Position numbers and translations under genes: made by a program. DNA of 64,000 nucleotides. Source: Macrostomum lignano (taxonomy: Eukaryota). This document shows, in pieces, positions 1 through 11,780 of the stretch. The stretch covers positions 496,001 through 560,000 of the forward strand of contig NIVC01000173.1 in assembly GCA_002269645.1 (NCBI GenBank). The letters run 5' to 3'. Position 1 is the first letter of the stretch; the number at the start of each line of letters is the position of its first letter. The notes under the pieces are model-generated. The model was not told the DNA's origin. It ran no database searches and saw only the letters and a list, made by a program, of their open reading frames with translations.

Positions 1-2209
1 GCATCTGGGGCAAAACGGTAATCTACGAGATTAAGCTGAGCATTATGCATTTAGCGAACACGACTGAGCACCACAGCAATGGGACCGGGGCAAAGCAAAC
101 ACACTCCAGGACTCTGAGCACTTATTTGAACGCTACGTCGACAGGGCACTATCAGAATGGTTCAATAGGTAAAACAAAAAAATCAATTATTATGTTCTAG
201 CCGTTTATGAATTTTGATAATCGCATCTCTTCCGCTTAACGCGCAGTTCATCCAGCCGCTCACTACTTATCTAAGTGCGACGGGCTTCAACTGCCAGAAG
301 AGGACAGCCCGTCGCATAAGCTCGGTCCGTACCTGTACCCATGCGCAGTCGAATACGGCCTCATCTGCGCCGCGATCTGCTTCAAACTGTTCGCTCGAGT
401 TGGCGATGTCGAAGTCGTTCCCTACGGTAGGAAAGAGTCGCCCCAAGGACCTCGGGCCACCACGTGTCACAAATCGCACAAGGGCCTGTTCCTAGGCCTC
501 TTCATCATGATTTGCGTCCTGGTGCCGACTATTAGTCTGATATTTCTGCAACGGGAAAACGAGCCTGGCAGGCACAGGGATCAGCACGCGCTAGCAGTGA
601 TTGCTGTCGAATGTCTCGTACTCGTCTGTACATCCGGAATGGCCGTGCTAGGAACTGTAAAAGCAGTCCGAAAATTGAAGCTCTACAAGCTCCATGGCAG
701 CGAAGCTTTTGATGTCAACTTGCTGTTTGTTGGACTGGCTGGTAAGATATGTCACAGTACTTTTAGATCCAGTTAATCCTTTTAATCCTTCTAGTTAATC
801 CAGTTAATACGCATGCGACAGCGATGTGAAGATTCAAGAGATTTAACGGATTCACGACTGAAACATCGGGGTTCTACATACTTCGACCTACTCGGAACAA
901 TTTTTGGTCCTTGAGAAAGACACTTAACTCTGCATTGCTTCAGTTCACCCAGCTGTAAAATGGGTGCCAGCATTAGCTAGGGTTAATTGAGGGTGTGTGG
1001 CGACCCCCCACTCCTTGGACTGAACAGCCGTACGCAGCCATCAGATGCGCCACGCAATAGCTGCGGCTGAGCTTTCAGTTGCACATCTGGCCCAATTGGA
1101 GCAATTGTAATCAAATATTATTGTTATCATATTTTAGAGTTCAATCTGACTGATGACTTTTGGACAAAATGTATCGATTAAAAAATAGCATGTCAAAGCT
1201 GCTGAACTTTGCTTTCAAAAATATCAGATGCCATAGCCTATCATCGTAACTCAATCAGGAATCATCTGCTACAACCTGTTCGTCACCATCTCTGTCGGGG
1301 CATGCCTTCTCGACCCAGCGGCGGCCACTGTCGGCCCGACAGTGTCGATGACGCGGGAGCTTGGCTCCGGTATTGAGCACTGCCAGTGGGGCAGCCAGTT
1401 TCAATTCAATATTGCTCGACTTACCGGCTTGAAATCGTTTCTTGAAGTGACGCAATCGGTCGCGCAGACTCTGTTCATAATGCAGGTAAATACTTTACTC
1501 AAAGTTGATATATTTTACTCATGGTCCACTTCATAGCGAAAAGAGTTAAGAAGCACTGTCAATAGGTAGAAAGTTTTCCGTATTTTCCAGAATCAACTGC
1601 AAATACTGCACATTCAGAAATTGCAAATCACTATTAAAATAATCTGTTCTGTCCCAGGTTGATTCCTTCATTTCATTCACGAGGCTGTTTGGTAGTTTCA
1701 CAAGTTAAAGTTTTTTTTCAAAACTATACAGGACACCGACGAATTTTTTTTGAAACGGGTCGTTTTGGCGGATTTTTTCTATGCCAAAACCTTATTTAAC
1801 GATAACCAAGACAGCTCATCCTAAGGAATCCATTTTCAGGCGTTTAGCTGGTCTTCAATAATACTCCATACATTTACGTTCAAAGTCGGCTCCACCACCG
1901 GCTATTCACTAATTTTAGGCCATCCAACGCAAAGTGACTCTACAGTTAGCTGAAGGTCTGAGCAAGCCGGGCCGGGGAACCACCATAGCCCTGCTTATCG
2001 CCAACTTGGCCATGTGGGTCGCGTCCGTGTTTGAGTCGCAGCGAGACATTGCGGATCAACTTCTGCTTAACTATTTCGGCTCAATGCCGTGGAACATTAT
2101 CAAATACATATTTCTGCCGCTAATTATATTCTATAGATTTCATTCTACAGTTTGCTTGTCGGAGATCTGGATACAGAGCTACAAATTGCCCAAGACGTCG
2201 CATCGCTAG
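1..2209 (+). CDS. OTOP: Otopetrin-family proton channel, 5'-partial (exons <1-168, 247-741, 1259-1485, 1919-2209)
   Basis: Spliced translation contains otopetrin motifs PYLYPCAVEYGLICA, CHKSHKGLFLG, VAQTLFIMQ and KPGR...ANLAMWV...FYRFHSTVCLSEIW. GT-AG junctions have compatible phases (1,1,0). Stop TAG at 2207-2209. Confidence 0.92.
850..1125 (+). mobile_element. tRNA-derived SINE family A, copy 1 (in otopetrin intron)
   Basis: Shares gtccttgag(a/c)aagacacttaactctgcattgcttcagttcacccagctgtaaa... with the copies at 31375-31656 and 60050-60297. Head is degenerate. Confidence 0.75.
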
Positions 2210-3210
2210 CTGCTGGTTTCTGCTAGCAATATAGCCACCAATTTACTTCGTATTGTGCTTTTAATTTCATCTCGATGCATTGCAACTACATGAACGGGTA
2301 TATCTGATTGTAGAGTTCATTCAACAAGTCGAAACCTTTTTGCTTGTTTGTTTTAATTATACATAACTGAAACCCCAATGGACAATCAAAAAGGAAAGCA
2401 AGTTTATGCTACTAGCCTTTGTAATTATATACAAGTAGTTACAAAACCATGTTTCTAAACCATTATGCTAATATGTATTTTACTTATTAATGAAATTAAA
2501 GCTGTTTAAGCACCTGAATGATAATTACGTTAGGTCAATTAAGTCAATAAGCTTAAACTCGACAATTTAAAATTGACTCGAAAACGAGATTCGTTGATTT
2601 AAGAATTGCGCTCGTAATTATTGACTAACGAATTAGCAACTCATTCGAGTCCAAATCATTCATTCATTACCGATATGAATTCGATTGTTGTATAGGGTTC
2701 AAATTTAGCTCAATTTTACGCACTATTTTTCAGCTTTTGTCTGTCTACTACTGCATGTCCATACGAGTGTATCATTGAAAAACATGCTTGAAAATTGTAT
2801 TGCATTCCCTATCAAGCACCATTAATGCAAAAGTACAAAGTTTTTTGTTGGCAAAAATGGTTATGAATTTTGGTTCCTGTAATAATTGTCTCTTAATCAA
2901 TAAATTAGATACAAAAATTTTGAATTGTATGCCTGAAAGATTTTTTTTGATATTTCTTCCTATCTTTATGACCTTTTAACTCTCTTGTTTTGAACTCCAG
3001 CTGGTACGGATCGAGATTGTAGGATACTCTTCAACGTAGAGCTACAGAGCACTTTTAACGTTAGATTGTAACTTTTAACCCTTGAATTTATCAATTTACT
3101 AAACATCGACTGATTCTGAACTTAAGTGAAGCCGGATCAGATACAAAAGAATCTATTAAACTTGAAAATTGTCGCCAAAAAAGATAGTGAATAGCTTAGT
3201 TGCATTATTT

Positions 3211-6200
3211 TCACAACACTTCGCAGTTGCAGCAGCAGCTTTGCGGATAGTTCTCGCAGTACACGGCCCTGTTGTTCACTCCGTAGACGAAGAATTGAAA
3301 TGGTTTCCTACGCCAAACAACGTCGCATTGGAACACGGGCACGCCACGGATCGAGTGACTCTGCAACAGGATGCGACCGGACTGACCCATGATTTGGTGA
3401 TCGCGGATATAGCAGGAGGACATCATGTTTACATCTAGATCTGGGAAGGACTGAATAGGTCTTAGCTGCGGCTGAGTGTCCTCAAGCAGGACCTGCTCAA
3501 GAGAAGGGGTTGATTATTCATCGGTAAATATGCCAACCGAATGCAATGATACACAAAATCACGCAAGCTTTGAAAAAATACAATTACAGCTCTTAAATTT
3601 GATATCCCACAAAAAGAGCTCAAAGGGTTACAAACAAGTCGTCCCAAGACTTCTCGTCCGGGTCACTTTGTCTGATTGGTACTACTTTTAGGTCGTTTCG
3701 TTCAAGAGCCAAGAAACTACGAGCGTATACCCAAAAGGTAGATACAATACAGTCAATACTTCGTCCGATTTCGTTGTTTCTCATTTGTCTCGGGCGAAAC
3801 ACCCGTCAATCTAAGAGTTTTTTATAGAAATTTAGACTTTTGTTTACTGTAATGTAATGCACCCATAACGTGAAACCCCCAGTCATACATCAAAACTCCA
3901 CTTGCGGTCCTATATTTAAGCTTTAAAGTTGAGCGATTTGTATTGAATTATGCGTTGATGCACTGACGAAATAAATTTCTTACGCAAACGAACTGACTTG
4001 GGAGAAAAGTCAGGACGAGATGTCCTGTTCCCTGAACAAACAAGACTATTATCCAACTTACGGTGCCCTCGACGTCGCAAATCAGATGATCGGGTAGAGG
4101 CGTTCGCTCAATGATGAACTCCTTCGCGTGAGTCTCAAATTTAGTTGTCAATCGAACGAAGTACTTCACTTGGCCCGCAGCTTTGCAGGTGGCGCAGGGT
4201 ACGTTGCCGCGGCCGGAACAGATCTTGCAAAGGATTGCGTTCGAGCCGCTGCAGCCGATGCACTTTTGATTTGAGTCTCTGAAGCCCACATTGGTGTCAC
4301 TGCAATGAGAGCATCTGACCTGACCCCAACCCATGCATTTGCAGCACTTGATAATTGCCGTGCCATTGCAGCCGTGACAGATTTTAACAGACGCCGTGTG
4401 CGGTACTTCCGTCTCGACGATGGTATCTTGAAACATGTTCGGCTGCGGGACCTATGCAAAGTCACAAAGACGTTTTTAAAAAACCTTAAGGAGCAAATAG
4501 TAAACATTTTGTCCAGGAATGGGAATGGGGACAATACAATACGTCATTTGATCTATTTTATTACGCATTACGTTTTCGTGCTTAGTTTTTCAGTGCACTT
4601 GTCGCATACATGAGTGGTGAATTTAGTGAGCTCGTTCAACATTGTAAAGCTGCACTTGCTATTCGGTTTACAAGAATTTGTCCCCCGGGGTTCCAGGATT
4701 CGGATTCTGAAGCTCCCAGAATTCTAGACTATGAAGGTGCATCATTAGACACGGAAATTAGGAAATAGACACTAGATGCTGCATCTTTCTTGCCATTGTT
4801 TACATTGGCTCATCTTTCGAAAGGTCTTCGATTCTGCTCCATGATATGCGCGTAAAATGGGGCCGCAGTCCTGAGGGGAGCCAAAACATGTATTTGGTAT
4901 CTGCCTGGTCGGCGCCCCCATCTTTGTCTCTTATGCTGGTGATGCCACGTCCAAGAGGTGGAGAAATTTGAGGATACCTAAAATCAGCGTAGGTTCAATG
5001 AAACGACACCTTTCGCATTACAGTGTGCATCTTCAGGTTTATTTGAACTAACGAGTAGATCGCGAGCGAATAAATATGATATTTATGTTAATTTAATCAA
5101 TAAATTATGTACATCTACACAATCGAAAGACAAGATCTAGGGACGGGCGCTTTGCGTTGAAGCCAACTGCTCTGAATGTGCCGCCAGTGCCCCTTTTAAG
5201 AACATACTTGTTAGTTCAAAAAACCTGAACATGCGTATTTTGTAGTGCGAAACGCGTCGTACGACTTGCCAAGACGACTAACCTTACCGGGAAATTTGAG
5301 CCCTTGTCATTCGTTGAGCTTGTTGACCTTTCTATTTTTTTGAGAAGCAAAATTATTTAGGGCGATTTAAGAGGCCATGCATTCCCCTCTGTCTATGCCA
5401 CTGCCATGTAACTCTTTTTAAGCCGCAACAAAGGTATGTAAGGAGCAGTTGGACACTGGTTAAAAACACTCTAGATTGAAGACTGTTCACTCTAAGTAAA
5501 GAATCTGACCTGAATTCGCCATGGATATGGAGCCTGCCCGTTCATTGATCCATCAATAACCTGGCCTCGGTACGGCTCAAATGCCCAATTAGTCGATCGC
5601 TTCTCAATAAACGTTTTCAACTGGTAGTGAACTGCTGTGGTTTGAAGTAAATTTCTAAATTCCATTTTAAGCGCAGCGTTGGTGCCCCAGCAGCACATTG
5701 ACTTGGCTTGCTGGTACAGCAGGTCCCGGGCTTCTTCTTCAGTAAGCTTGGCGCTTGGCGCGATAGTCTGCGGGGAAGCGACCGGGCTCGAGCTTCGAGG
5801 GCGCGGTGGCGGCGGTATGGAGGTCACGTTCGGCAGCAGGATCTTATCGTAGCCTGAAAGGATTTTTTGTGCAATTCTCTTTTTGTCCCAAAGCAACGAA
5901 TGCTTTCCCGATAAAACTAAAATCACAACAGAATAACACATCCCAATTGCGTTGCCAAAGTGTCCCTGGGTTTGATTCCCCTGCGAGAATTTGGACTTCC
6001 GAATTCCATTTTGGACTTGGCCCTGAGTGAGAGTCTTGACTTTATCTGACTTAGCCGCAAGGCTGTCCCAGAGGGGACACAGCGGGAAGGCCATTCCGCT
6101 AATCCCTGAACGGTCGACACGTTGCTATGAACGAAGAGTTGGCGAAGTGGGAATGTGTTTAAAAAGGCTACGAATGGAGTGCACTGTCTGGCGATGTGAT

Positions 6201-6948
6201 GATATTCACGGCGGATGTACATTCTGTGTGTTTTGCTTCGTCAGTGGGCAAGGTTCAGGGAAATAGGTATTCTTAATTACTAGTCTCAAAGCTAGTTGTA
6301 CCAGTCGACTGCTGACTGTTACGAACAAGGTTAATAAGTTCCGTTTCCTGGAACATCCAATCGACCAATTTGCTAACCCGCAATCTTCTCCATTTTTGCC
6401 AGCGGCACCGCTGCTGGAGCCTCCTCAGCTTCCTGCTGTTGCTGCGTCTTGCCGTTGTCTTTGGGGATCTGGCCGACAGCGCCAACTAACCGGTGACCGA
6501 AGCTTGGCGAGGCCAGTAGAGCTCCCGGTCTAGCAGGTTGTTGCTGGGGAGACCTTCCGGTCGGCATGGGACTGAATGAAGTTTGCAGAACGGCTCCCTG
6601 CTGCTGAGATGACGCTCGTCCAACTGGATTTCCAGTGGGCTCAGCTCGTCCCAGACTCGCACTAGTTAATGTTGAGCCCGATGAAGTTCCGGAGAGTCTT
6701 TGTTGCCCTGCTGCCCGCTGCTGCGAGCCTGCGATTGTAGTTTGGCTGAGGCCGACGGGACTTTGTTGGTCCGATTTCGATGAATCTGAGGTGACTGCAT
6801 CTCCAAAAAGTTGTTGCTGAGATAAGCCTTGCTGCTGCGGTGTATCTCTGTTCCCCATGGTCGACCGCACATTGATCTGCTGGCTCTGGTCATCACTTTT
6901 GAGAGCTGGAGGAAGGCCCTGTGGCCCTCGTTTATTCCCGTGATTCAT
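3211..6948 (-). CDS. SSUH2: SSUH2-like protein, cluster gene 1 (exons 6948-6378, 5853-5510, 4451-4062, 3492-3211)
   Basis: EEEARDLL..KSMCCWG, TFIEKRSTNWAFEPYRG, VPHTASVKICHGC, six CxxC repeats, FFVYG..YPQSCCCNCEVL*. All junctions are GT-AG with phases 1,0,0. Confidence 0.9.
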
Positions 6949-7375
6949 GCTGCATCGATTGAGGCTTGAATTCGCTTACATTTTGCAACACAAAGTCAGA
7001 TCTTGTTTGTTTTTATTTCCCGAATCTACCGAATCATTTTCTTTTTTACTTCCTATATGTGGCAGAAGAATCTATGGCACAAAATCATCACTTAGAAAAA
7101 TTGGATCCGGCATTCTAAAAATACTGATATTACCTTTATTGAGTTTAATAATATTGCATAACGCTAGATAAACCATGATTTGTTTTAGAATTAGAAGTCG
7201 TCGAATGAAAACGGTGTTTTTACGGACAGCAAAGACAGACAGAAAGACTGGACTCCTGTACTCCTAGGTAAACAAAATGAGTTTAAGTGAAATAAGTACT
7301 GTAAGTTGTCAGCGCTTTTTGGAACTTTTTGGAAATCAAGAAAAAGTTACCCTGCTAGTTGCTCAGTTAATGATC

Positions 7376-7654
7376 TCAAAGCAGCTGGCAGCCACAGCAG
7401 CAGGTCTGCGGGTACTCATCATTGTGCACCTTCCTGTTGTCTCCGTACACAAAGAACTGAAACTCTTTGTCTTCCCACTGGCAGTCGCACTGGAACACTG
7501 GCACTCCGCGAATCACGTGATTCTGCATCCAGATCCGACCGGTCTGGGCCAGCCCGCGGTGCTCCTGGACGATTCCAGCCGATTGGCTGTTGACCTGCGG
7601 CTCCGGGAACGACTGGATCGGGTTCAGCAACGGCTGGGTGTCCTCGAACAGAGT
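7376..7654 (-). pseudogene. Orphan duplicated SSUH2-like last exon (intact 279-nt ORF with acceptor; exons 1-3 absent)
   Basis: TLFEDTQPLLNPIQSFP...CCCGCQLL*. Five nucleotide differences from the gene 2 last exon (11781-12059). Flanking homology runs through the intron and stops just past the donor at about 8075. Confidence 0.8.
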
Positions 7655-8396
7655 CTGCATGATGAGGCAGGTTTCAGATAGACAATTGTAACATTTACAA
7701 ATTCGTCACTATTTGTATTTCTGAATTTCTGAATTTTAACAAATTTAAAACTTTTCTACCTCTTTCGAATTTACAGTGGCATTTAGTTACAATGAATTGT
7801 TTTGGAAAGGCAATTTAGATTATTTTTCGTCTAAAGAGTGGTGGTAGCCGTGAATTTTAGAAAACTTGTCTAACAAATAATATATAAAACACGAGCAAAA
7901 TTTACGAAGTATATATAGAGCATAGGTGCGTAAATTTCTAGCGTAATATAAAGGTAAATACTAATTCTTTTTAACGCCAATGCAGTTTTAAGACTTATAT
8001 GGAGTGGTTAATACGAGTACCAAAGGTTTTTGGTAAATTGGTTGTTCGCTATTTATCGAAACACTCACCGTACCCTGTATTTATTTGTCTCCGAGGGGCT
8101 AAATCTCTCTCAAATTTCTGCATTTATGGCTATAAAAATATATACAACCCTCAAATTTATACGTCAAACTAAAAGATTGGGGGATTCCGGGCCTACAACC
8201 CGGAAACCTGCTATATACTCGTAGATGTAGATGTAGATGAGAAGCCTCCATATTCTTCGCCATAGCCAAGTTATATCATGGAGAAGATCACTGCTCGATT
8301 GATTATTTGCTCAGCTCCTCAAGTTAAACCTACCAGCGTATTTGATTTGAATTGCCTAACGATACAAAATGTCAGACGAAAGACGCATCAATCAAT

Positions 8397-8481
8397 CAAT
8401 CTGGTGTAGAAGAACAGCAATTGATGGAACGGACAGGCCACCGGAGTCTGATTGGAGTCCGCACGTACAAGCGGACACTCA
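8397..8481 (+). mobile_element. Crypton-like tyrosine recombinase remnant (C-terminal catalytic box)
   Basis: Translates to QSGVEEQQLMERTGHRSLIGVRTYKRT, matching the G..EQ.IM.RTGHRS....R.YKR pattern of Crypton/DUF3504-type recombinases. No upstream ORF is visible. Confidence 0.6.
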
Positions 8482-11400
8482 TCGTCAGCTTTTCTTGACT
8501 CCAAAATGCTACGCAAGGCGGAAAAAGACTTGATCAGCCGACGACCTCGATGTGCATCAACTGAATTTTAACTTTAATAACTGCTCTGTCGTTATAACAA
8601 TTGATTTTAAGTACACTACATAGTGACTCCCTTATAGTGTGACTGAAACAAACTAAATTGTTGACTATGTGTCGTCCCCAAAGTCGTGTTACATGTTCAT
8701 GCGTTTCGGGTTTAAAAAATTTGTGTTTGTTGTCAAGAATGCATAAAATACAACCCGGAAAATTGAAAATCTTAACTCTGTGTTTTATGTCTACGGCAAA
8801 AATACATCCGGGATTCAACTTCTACATATATGACGAAAAGCAATACCTGTGTGATGGGTGTGCTTAGGAGTTTATGTGCTACTCAGAGATTATTAAATTG
8901 GGTATTTGCACCTAGTTCTCATGCCTCTTTTGGGGACTGAGAGATGTTTTCAGTCCTCCTGCAAGCACAAACATTTCTTTGAAGTTGTTGTCTCTCTGGA
9001 AAAGCACGAGACTGGGAAAGAGGCACCAGAATTTCAGTTTCTGTAGGTTTGGTTTGGTGTTGTATGTAACGTGCTTGATGGGTTCGGCCTTTTTAAGCCT
9101 ATAGCTTCGGGCCTCAGAATTCAGAAATGAATCACTTAGAACTCTGGCCTCTCACTCCTGTCAGATGGTCAGCCCCATGGTAGCTAGATTGTGGGCGAAC
9201 AGCAAGGTCCTATAGCTAGGAGGAGACAGCGAGAGACAAGCAGGGAGGATTTGAAAGGTAGAGATCAGCTAATCCGCAGATTAAATAACCCGCTGCCACC
9301 AGTCCGTGCGCCCCGGCTCACCAAACCGGAGCTATCGAAATCGGACTTCCGACTAGAGGGGCACTGCACTTACCTGCCTTCTAGTGTCTTTTAGCTGTCT
9401 AAATCTCGAAGTCATAGCCGAATAGAAGGGACGCTGCTGGGACTAAAGATCGCATTGGCCATGCAGGGACAGAGAGGACTTCTGCAGGGGGTTCTTGCGC
9501 TGGCGAGCCTCTATACACTACTAAAAGTACTATTTCATTACCAAATTCCCAGAAGTACATGTAAAAGTACACGTAACTGCACGCTTGTGGCACTAAATGT
9601 GTTAACACGTCGACAGATAGCGATGATGTAGATGCATTGTCACTTTCGGAGATCGTTAGACTAATATTTAACTTACTTTAGCCGCTTAGCTGCCTGAGAC
9701 CGCGCGAAAGCGCCAGTCTGGCAGTTAACTCGCATGCTTAACATTATGATTTCTGAGATCGACTGATTGACTGGGAACTGCGCCGCTTCCGGTCCACTCT
9801 AGATCTAACCGCTTATCTCAGCTGGCATTGCGAAGAAAGAAAGAAAACGCTAAGTCTTTAATTTCCAGATTTAACTTTCTCACTTAATCCGCAATCCTTG
9901 AAACTTTTGACTGAGTTAGAGCGAATGGCTACTTTTAATATTAACTGACACTTCTGCCTCGAGATTGGCACACAATTTAAGCAAGTAAGCAAAAGCGCAA
10001 ATCCTATCGGACTACCTAGGAAGGGGTCAATCAAAGGGCGCACCCAGTTAAGCAGGTCAAGAAAGCCTCTTACCAAACCAATCAGAGGACCTATCTGCCG
10101 GTAGCCAAGGAATCCACAGAGACCGAAGCGCTCAGACGGGATGCTGCTGCCGATCTTAACTGATGCTCTTAGATCACTGCCGGGAGATATTGATGATGCT
10201 TCTCAGGGGGAACTTAGCTGTTGAAGCCGAAACTGCCAGGGGAAGGGGGATCAGGTCGGCAGGACCGCAGGGAGAAGAGCCTGAAGGCAGTATCAAGCCA
10301 AGTCCCCTTGGCAAGGACAACAACCGGGGTTCTCGAGCGCGGTTCGAGTTGCCGCCTTTTATAGCTCTCACGCGGCCGATTTTGTTATAACGCACGCCGA
10401 ATTTTCCGATTGGCTGAGAGCTTTTGTTAAAATAGGCGCCGAATTTTCTGATTGTCGAGCCGGGGGCAGTCAGGTCGACTCTGATTGGCTGAGCTCAAGA
10501 CTCCAAAACCCACCCCACCAGGTGGCCTTCAGACCCCAGGGAAGATGACAGGTGCGGTTATAAATCATGCGCAAAAAATTATAAAAGCCACTTGTCTAGA
10601 CATCCTGGCGCCAAAAGTGACAGCAAAACACCCATAAATCAAAGGAGAAAGTTACAGAGCGAGTGGGGAGGAAGCTGGAAAGACCTCTTTGACCCAGACA
10701 GGCTGGAGCCAAAAGTGACAGCTAGACCGCCATAAATCACTGAAAACAGTGAAAAAGCCGCAAATCTGGGGGTCAGAATGGGGTTGAAACTTAACCATTC
10801 CTCCCAGACTTAGTGTCGCCCGTCTAGACTGCTAGAGGTCAATCCGTCTCAAACCCAGACAGTCGGACCTTCAAAGGTGCGTAAACAATCCAAAATTAGA
10901 ATCCTAAGAGAAGTACATTGAGTTTTTATTATAATTAATAGTGATGGCATAAATTAGTGTAGAACTTAGCCTGGATGAGAGAATGGAGAGAGATTCCTAA
11001 GCTAGCCTACTGACAGTAGGGGAAAAGCGCATCGAAGCGAAATGTGCGGTTTTAAGATTGAAAAAAGATGCGTCCTCATCATGCTTTTGAAATAATGTTT
11101 ATTATGTTTAAGTGCTCATGTAATATTAGCTTAAAAATGTGACTTTTGATTAATTATCATTCGCAAAAATTATAAGCTCGATCTTAACGCATTAGTGAAT
11201 AGTATTGTTTACTGATCTCACATAAAAGCAGCGCACGCAGCAGGGGGCCAGATGGGGGAGTCACGGCCCACCCCTTTGCAATCGCACACAATAAAAGTAC
11301 CGCTTCCAAAAACTTGCGCACCTCCAAAGACAGAATGAGAGAAGTATCTCCCAGCTCGAAAAATGGACAGGAGCTCAACTTTTGCGACCTCTTGAACGTG

Positions 11401-11780
11401 TCATCCACTGGCTGGACAGACAGGCAATTCTGGCATCCGAGGTTTGCGGTCCCCTTCAATCAAAACTACTGCGCACACCACTGGCACACAGACAATACTC
11501 TGTAGAATTGTAATCTACATTCGTAGTCGGTAGAAGCCAAGTAGAAATCTATTGCCAAGTAAGGTTAGCTCGTAAGTACCTTTAGGAAGCCATAAATAAA
11601 TGTAATAAAATCAACGCAACAAGCATGCTGAATAAAAAATTAATTGACAAACGCACAAAAAATTCCGATTAATACATACGAAAACATTCCTTACAAAAAA
11701 TATATTGATTGGCATATTGAAATAATAAGATTTGTGGAAATCGTGAAAAGTTGCACTCTTCGTTGTACGATTGAATGAAC

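Noticed and set aside
8070-8075. Possible 6-nt micro-exon (cag|ggtacg|gtgagt on the minus strand)
   Set aside because: It matches the last codons of exon 3 at the duplication breakpoint and has no polypyrimidine tract.
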